A DNA stretch of 64,000 nt, taken from Mantamonas sphyraenae STR306 (lineage: Eukaryota; Protista; CRuMs). The position numbers were made by a program, and so were the translations under genes. Location of the stretch: NCBI GenBank assembly GCA_026936335.1, contig JAPMXV010000007.1, positions 314,273-378,272 of the forward strand, written 5' to 3'. Below the pieces are notes generated by a model. That model was not told the DNA's origin. It saw nothing but the letters and a program-made list of their open reading frames with translations, and made no database searches. Each line of letters begins with the position of its first letter. Position 1 is the stretch's first letter. Below are positions 57,521-64,000 of the stretch, one piece after another.

Positions 57521-60025
57521 ATGGAGAAATTGGAACGGTTTTTTGAAGCGCGTGCTTTTGTTCTGCGAGCGATTGGTGGCGTGGTGATTGTTGCAATGAG
57601 TGCAACATCGTTGGCGCTGTTTGAAGTGGTCGCGTTTCTGCAAATGGCGTGTGTTGGGGCCGCGCTTGTGTTTGGGGTTGCGCTGATGCTTCCGCCATCG
57701 TGGTTGGAGACAGTGTGTGGAGCATGTCGAGCAGTGAAGCGGCGTGTGGGGTTGATGGAAGCGGGTGGAAAGGTGGGAGAGGCGGAGGAAGAGCATGGAC
57801 ACGGTGGGAAACGGACCGACGATGGGAAAATTTTGGGAGTCGTGGTCGCGGGCTCGGCATTGGTCGCAGCGATGGTTCTTCCAGGGGTAGCCATGGCACA
57901 GTATCCTCTGAGTGGGGGTAGTTTGGACGACCCGGCGTACGTGAGCCGTAACAGCGTGATTGCAGTGTCAGCGACGCTTGGAGCAGTTGTCCTTCTCGGT
58001 GGGCTTGTTCTCGCAGTGGCACGTGTGATCGGCAAGGCTTTGCAGCATGTCATCGCATGGATGCTGACTTTGGAAAGCAAGGGCCTTGTGTTTGCCACGA
58101 TGTGTGCATTGGGTGCTATGGGCTCGTTTGCTTCGCTCACCGTGCCCGAGCTGCTCGCGTATGTGTTGCCGACTGCCTTTGTCGCCAGCGTGACCTTGGT
58201 TGTGCATTGTGGCACACAGAAAGCACGGAGACAGTCTGGCAAGGAGAAGTGGACTGCCATTGGGGTTGCTGTGGCGGCGGCGGTGGTTGCGATTTTGATT
58301 GTCGCGACGTTTGCAGCGCCACTGGGCACCGCCGCTGGTAGTCTGACCCCGTTGCGTGACTATGGTTACAACGCACCCAGTGGTGTTGGCAACGCAACTG
58401 CAAAAGGCACGTTTGAGGTAGAGCGCTATGGGCTGATCGAGGCAAAGGTGCCCGTGTCAGGGTTGCAAGGGGCTGAACCTTTTCCCTTTTCGAACAAGAC
58501 GGAGAAGGACTCGATGACAATGCTCACGACCACGATGTCGCTGGATGTGTCTGCAGTGATGAACTTTACGGCTTTTCGAAAACGATTCTGGGGCTTCGAT
58601 TCGAAGACGTTGCCCGTTCGGGGTCTTTTGTGGATGCCGAAGGGTGGCCAGCAAGCACCCGTGGTGATCATTAGCGCCGGAAATCATCAAATGGCAGACT
58701 CGAGCGCACCTGGGTACGCGTACCTGTGCGAACATCTCGCGAGCCATGGGTTTGCGTGCTTGTCGCTCATGGGGGACTTTTTCAACAGCGTTCTCATTGG
58801 ATCTCAGCGCGTTGATGATCCCATTGGTGACGACATGGTCCCAAGGGGGTTGTTGTACTTGACGGCGGGGCAGCAGCTGCGCGCATGGGCATCCCAAACC
58901 GGGCACCCGTTGCACAACAGGCTGGACCTGGATCGGGTCACGCTCATGGGCCACTCGCGGACTGGAGAGTCCATTTCCTATGCATCTTGGTTGTTGAACG
59001 AGAAGAATTTGCCGAGCAAGATGTTGCGGGAACTGCCACAGTTCAACATCAGCGAAGCCCGCCAGGCGATGACTGTGCGTGGTTTGCTGGCTTTTGCACC
59101 CACAGATGGTGCTATTCGTCCCGGTGGACGTGCAATGCGCCTGTCGAATGTGCAGTACTTGGTGCTGCAGGGAACGAACGACATCGACCAGGCCAACAAC
59201 TTTCAAGGGTGGCGCCAAGCAATGGACGTGGACGTGACTGCGTCTGGAAATTCCACCGTGTTGCATACTGCCGCAGTACAGGTGTACAGGGCGAACCATG
59301 GAAACTGGAACACTCGCTGGGGAAACACGGACCTGGGACCGCCGATGTCCTGGTTGCTGGACAAAGAATCCCTGCTCGCCAGCGCAGAACAGCGCGACGT
59401 GGCGCGTGCAATGGCATTGGCACTCGTCAACGTATCTTCATCGGATTCAGGCGTGAACCCGTACGCAGAGGTGCTGAAGGATGTGCGCAAGGCTCAGCGC
59501 TGGCTTCCGAACGTTCTCCTTCGTGCCAACACACGTTGGACGCAACAGCAGCAGCTCGTTGACTGGGGAAGCACAGGGGAATTGTTGTCGTGCGGGAATG
59601 GTGTCCGATGCACGTTCACGGGGATGGACGACTTGGCTGTCGCGGAGATCAACAACGGAATATTTCGCCGTGGCGAGCAGAAGGTACTCAAGGCAGCGGT
59701 AACTCGCGATACGGTAGGCACGTTGTCGATGCATACAAGCGTACAGAACGCGAGTCGCGTGATTGTGGACGTGGGGTTGGTCGGTGCAAGGGCGAATGTG
59801 ACAATGGTTGTGCAGGGCAAAACGCACGAGTTGAAGACGCCACAGGAGCTTGTTGTGAAGTACCTGAAGGCGGGTTCATTCTTCGAAGGGACTGGGGTCG
59901 AGTGGATGTCGTCACTGGTGGTCGACGTCGACTCAACGATGGTGCTTGGAAGAATCGACATCAAGCTCGCGTGCGGGCGCACCAGGCAGTGCCAGTTTGT
60001 ATTGGGGAAGGTTTTCCACGAATGA
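57521..60025 (+). CDS. Membrane-anchored alpha/beta hydrolase of bacterial type
   Basis: About 7 N-terminal TMs, then WGFD..LP..G..W.P.G, GNH.M.D.S.PGY.YL.E.LAS.GF, GHSRTG nucleophile elbow, QGTND and ANHGNWNTRWG. Intronless. Confidence 0.88.
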   Translation: MEKLERFFEARAFVLRAIGGVVIVAMSATSLALFEVVAFLQMACVGAALVFGVALMLPPSWLETVCGACRAVKRRVGLMEAGGKVGEAEEEHGHGGKRTDDGKILGVVVAGSALVAAMVLPGVAMAQYPLSGGSLDDPAYVSRNSVIAVSATLGAVVLLGGLVLAVARVIGKALQHVIAWMLTLESKGLVFATMCALGAMGSFASLTVPELLAYVLPTAFVASVTLVVHCGTQKARRQSGKEKWTAIGVAVAAAVVAILIVATFAAPLGTAAGSLTPLRDYGYNAPSGVGNATAKGTFEVERYGLIEAKVPVSGLQGAEPFPFSNKTEKDSMTMLTTTMSLDVSAVMNFTAFRKRFWGFDSKTLPVRGLLWMPKGGQQAPVVIISAGNHQMADSSAPGYAYLCEHLASHGFACLSLMGDFFNSVLIGSQRVDDPIGDDMVPRGLLYLTAGQQLRAWASQTGHPLHNRLDLDRVTLMGHSRTGESISYASWLLNEKNLPSKMLRELPQFNISEARQAMTVRGLLAFAPTDGAIRPGGRAMRLSNVQYLVLQGTNDIDQANNFQGWRQAMDVDVTASGNSTVLHTAAVQVYRANHGNWNTRWGNTDLGPPMSWLLDKESLLASAEQRDVARAMALALVNVSSSDSGVNPYAEVLKDVRKAQRWLPNVLLRANTRWTQQQQLVDWGSTGELLSCGNGVRCTFTGMDDLAVAEINNGIFRRGEQKVLKAAVTRDTVGTLSMHTSVQNASRVIVDVGLVGARANVTMVVQGKTHELKTPQELVVKYLKAGSFFEGTGVEWMSSLVVDVDSTMVLGRIDIKLACGRTRQCQFVLGKVFHE

Positions 60026-60052
60026 ACGTGATCAGGGTTTGCGCAGTGTACT

Positions 60053-63000
60053 CTACTCCATGCGTTGGCGTTTGGTGGTGGTGGTGGTGGTGGTGGTGGT
60101 GGTGGAGGAGGAGGAGGAAGGGTCTTTGCGCTTGGGCAGGGTGAAGGAGGGGATGGGGTAGGCGTTGACGAGTGCGACGGTGGTGGGGCGGGTGGTGACG
60201 TGGGGTGAGATGCGGTCGATGAGAGTGTGGAGGAGGGTGTGCAGCGTGGCGTCGCTGGGTTTGGGGTTGTCGAGCCAGGCGATCTTGAGGGAGAGCGAGG
60301 TGACGCCGCGGGTGAGGGTGTTGCTGATGGCAGGTTGCACCTGCTTGTAGGTGAGCTGTGGCCTGAGGAGGCGGACAAAGAAGGCCAGGTCGACAGGCGG
60401 CACGCCAACGTTGCCCAGCGCCAGGATGATGTGTCGCAGCAGGGACTTCAGGGTGCCGTTGTTGATCAGCACACGCAGTGTCTGTTGCTCGTGTGTGTGC
60501 TGATGGCGAGGGTGCTTGGCTGCGCGTGCCTTCATGTGTGCCAGCAGCGTCTGGACTCCCGCGCCGTGCAGCTGCCACGCTCGTCGCTGGGATTGTGCGC
60601 TGCCCAGCCACTGCGCACAGGCTCTGGAAGCCACTTGTCCATCTCGGTGGTGGTGGGGTGGTGGTCGTAGTCGCATTGTGTCCAATGTGGGTCGCTGTCG
60701 TTGTCAGCAGGGCGTCGTGCTTTCTGCAGCCACAGCTGGGTCTGCTTGTGCTCCTTCCAGGTGGTGGGATGGGCCCTGTTGCCGAGTGTGTCCATCTCTG
60801 TCATGAGCAGGTGGAGGAGGGCGTAGTTGGGGTCGCCGTGGTCGTGTGGCTCCTCCAGCCAGCACACCTTCAACCCATCTTTTGTCACACCCATGGCCAG
60901 ACCAGCCTTGTCGATGGCTCTGCTACACGCCGCTTGATCCACATCATGGCCGAGAAGGGTGAGAAAGAAGGCCATGCCCCCCTGGGAAACGGGAATGTTG
61001 CCCAGAACGAGCTGAATCTGTCGGACGAGCGTGTTCAGGGTGCCATGGCAGACCACAACACGCGCCTGCAGGGTCATGAGGTCGGAGATGTCTTCGGTGG
61101 GATGCTCGTTGGCCAGGGTGTGCATGTGATTCAGCAGTGCCATGTGTTCCTTCCTGTTGCTGTGCATGCGCTCGCTCTTGCGCCAATACGTCCAGCCACC
61201 GCGCACAACGCCATCTGGCAGTCCATCCTCCACGGCCACCATCTCCTCCTCTGTTGACTCGGGAAGAACAAGTTCGGGGATGCCGATGGCGTTGACGGCG
61301 TGGACGGTGGTGGGACGGGTGGTGATGTGGGGTGTGATGCGGTCGATGAGGGTGTGGAGGAGGGTGTGCAGTGTGGCGTCGCTGGGTTGGGGTTTGTCGA
61401 GCCAGGCGATCTTGAGGGAAAGGGAGGTGGCGCAGCGCGGGTGAGGTTGTTGTTGATGGCATTTTGCATCTTCCTGTAGGTGAGGTGTGGCCTGAGGAGG
61501 CGGACAAAGAAGGCCAGGTCAACAGGCGGCACGCCAACGTTGCCCAGCGCCAGGATGATGTGTCGTAGCAGGGACATCTTGCTGCCGTTGTTGATCAGCT
61601 CACGCAGTGCTTGGTGCTCGCGTGTGTGCTGATGGCGAGGGTGCTTGGCTGCGCGTGCCTTCATGTGTGCCAGCAGCGTTTGGAACTCCCGTGCCGTGCA
61701 GCTGCCACGCTCGTCATGATTGGAACCGTCCCAGCCACTGCACACAGACTCAGGATGCCACTTGTCCACCTTGGTGGTGGCGAGGTGGTGGTCGTAGTCG
61801 CATTGTGTCCAGTGTGGGTCGTTGTCGTTGGCAGCAGGGCGTCGTGCTTTCTGCAGCCACAGCTGGGTCTGCTGGTGCTCCTTCCAGGTGGTGGGATGAG
61901 GCCTGTCGCCGAGCATATCCATCTCTGCCATGAGCAGGTGGAGGAGGGCGTAGTTGGGGTCGCCGTGGTCGTGTGGCTCCTCCAGCCAGCACACCTTCAA
62001 CCCAGCCTTTGTCACACCCATGGCCAGACCAGCGTCGCGGATCGCACTGCTGCACGCCATTTGATCCATGTCATGGCCAAGAAGGGTGAGGCACAAGGCC
62101 ATGTCGCCCTGGGAGAGGGGAATGCTGCCCAGAGCGAGCTGAATCTGTCGGACAAGCGTCAACAGGGTGCCATGGCATACCATAACACGCGCCTGAAGGA
62201 CCATGAGATCTGGGATGTTGTCAATGGGATGATCATTGGCCAGGGTGTGCATGTGCTTCAGCAGTGCCGAGTGCTCCTTCTTGTTGCTGTGGCTGCGCTC
62301 GTGACTGACTCCCAATTTCCACCCTTTGCGCACAACACCATCTGGCAACTTGTTGATCTTGTTCACGCCTGCTTTCATCCGTGCGCTGCTGTCTCCGTTG
62401 TTGGCCCTCCTTGCCCGTGTGCTCGACGTTCCTGTCTCTGTGCCACTGCCAGCCGTGATCCTGCGCCTGCGCTGTCCGTTGCCTTTCATGTCGTCCTGCG
62501 GCATGTACTCCTCATCCATGGCATCATCAGTGTACGCAAAGCTGAATGTGCCCTGAGTTTCCAACTCGTCGTCCACGTGCTGCTGGGTTGCGTCGTTTGC
62601 CTCGCCGTCTTCTGCGTACGCCTCCATCCATGAGCTGGTCATCCACTCCGTGTTGCTGGAGATTGGGCGTGGCTCTCGGTGGCCAAAGTTCAGGAACATC
62701 AGGTCCTCCATGTCGCCGGTGTCATGTGTGTGTGTGTCTTGGTCTGCGTCGTCGTCGTCGCTGACTCCAGTCTGCCGTGTGGCCAGGTGGGAGGAGGACG
62801 ACGATGTGGTGGTGGATGTGGTCCGTGTGATGCCGACAAAGACAGGGCTGCTGCGTTTGGGGGCGCGGTTGTGGTTGGTGGCAGGTTGAACAGGCGGAGG
62901 GTGGAACGGAGTTTGAGCGAAGCGCATCTGGGCGGTTTGTCGCGGCTGAGGAGGCGGCGGAGGAGGGTATGCGTAGTATGGGTGGCCCTGATGAGCATAT

Positions 63001-63524
63001 GCGGAGTGCTGCTGGAGGTGGGAGTTGACAGGGACCCAAATTATGGGTGGTTGTGGGGGCTGGTACCGGTTTTGTACGCCAGAAACGGGCAGCATGTTCG
63101 GAAACGGCTGGGCAGCCATGGGAGGGACCATGTACCCGTAGCTGTGGGAGAGACGGGAGGGGAAGGGCGGGGTGGGAACGGTGAGCGGAAGGCGGAATGG
63201 ACGCCGTCAGGGCAGAAGCGGGGTGAAGGGAGGCTGGAACGAGCAAAGAGGGAAATCTGGAAGGAGGGAGGCAGACCGGGAAACTGGCAACCGGGAGGGC
63301 AGTGACAGGGGAGAGGGGATCGGAAAAGAGCGGAGAAGGCAGCGGCGGTGGTGATGGGGAAGTGGAGATGCGGGGGAGGAGTGCAGAGAAGCGACGGAGG
63401 CATGGAGGAGGCAAGGAAGCGGGAGAAGGGGGCAGTCAGAAAACGGAGTGGAAGGCACAACGCACGCTGGGTAGGTGTTGGGTGTGGGTTGTTGCTTCGG
63501 AGTGCTTGGGTAGTCTTTGTCCAT
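60053..63524 (-). pseudogene. Telomere-adjacent gene or pseudogene with four copies of an unrecognised domain; exon 63524-63466, then 63141-60053; frameshifts near 61434 and 60555
   Basis: GCCACCATGG start at 63524 and a phase-2 GTGCGT...CCACAG intron. Two units 1127 bp apart are linked in frame. Each frameshift is visible by comparing the two copies and could be a sequencing error. Confidence 0.7.
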
Positions 63525-63798
63525 GGTGGCGGTGGTGGTAGTGGAGTGTACGTGGATTGTGTTGGACTAGTGGAGGGAGTTGTGGGTGTTGGTGATACTT
63601 TGGTTGAAGGCGGATGGGCAGTGCTGACTGCGCGGCGTTGCAGTACGACGACCACTCCCCAGCGACATCTCCACTCCCACCCTTTGCCCACTGCCCCATG
63701 TCACCACCCAACTCAGCCACACCGCCAGCTAACACAAGCACAACTCACCTGACCTAGACCGGACTCATCTCAACAAACATATTCAATGCCACACTAAA

Positions 63799-63895
63799 GT
63801 TAGGGTTAGGATTAGGGTTAGGGTTAGGGTTAGGGTTAGGGTTAGGGTTAGGGTTAGGGTTAGGGTTAGGGTTAGGGTTAGGGTTAGGGTTAGGG

Positions 63896-63930
<35 letters not shown>

Positions 63931-64000
63931 TTAGGTTAGGGTTAGGGTTAGGGTTAGGGTTAGGGTTAGGGTTAGGGTTAGGGTTAGGGTTAGGGTTAGG
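63799..64000 (+). repeat. Telomere, (TTAGGG)n with a few variant units
   Basis: About 33 tandem TTAGGG units running to the window end, with the G-rich strand oriented 5'->3' towards the end. Confidence 0.98.

Noticed and set aside
60053-63524. Telomere-associated retrotransposon or helicase element
   Set aside because: No RT, endonuclease, transposase or helicase motifs, and no terminal repeats or poly(A) tail seen.
63340-63730. Patchy inverted complementarity near the telomere (e.g. GTGGAGATG/CATCTCCAC)
   Set aside because: Short patches between a G-rich and a C-rich block that straddle a predicted exon; plausibly compositional.

Overview
Right-hand end of a chromosome from a very gene-dense, GC-rich eukaryote with spliceosomal introns. 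It is a flagellated, mitochondriate protist, judged from Hydin, MPP-alpha and mS29; the species cannot be determined from the sequence. About 22 protein-coding genes are packed with gaps mostly of 5-120 bp, and the window ends in a (TTAGGG)n telomere at about 63799-64000. Recognisable genes: LMBR1-family protein, DAP3/mS29, UPF0658-like membrane protein, FANCF-like protein, MPP-alpha, NAF1, MEPCE/Bin3, a RING-less RAD5-like SNF2 ATPase, NHP2, a sugar porter, RPS20, Sec1/Munc18, Hydin, GNL1, an SLC46-like MFS transporter, a giant PACT-like coiled-coil protein and a bacterial-type alpha/beta hydrolase. The most unusual items are: (i) a roughly 600-nt nested fold-back filling a predicted 5'-UTR intron of RPS20; (ii) a degenerate bacterial-type HD domain inside a large disordered protein; (iii) a gene starting about 275 bp from the telomere, built from four copies of an unrecognised domain and carrying two frameshifts; (iv) an ENaC/PAC-like two-TM channel candidate; (v) 48-122 bp bidirectional promoters with shared motifs. 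All family assignments come from motif recall, and exon boundaries were inferred by eye from GT/GC-AG and CTRAC signals; no database search was run.
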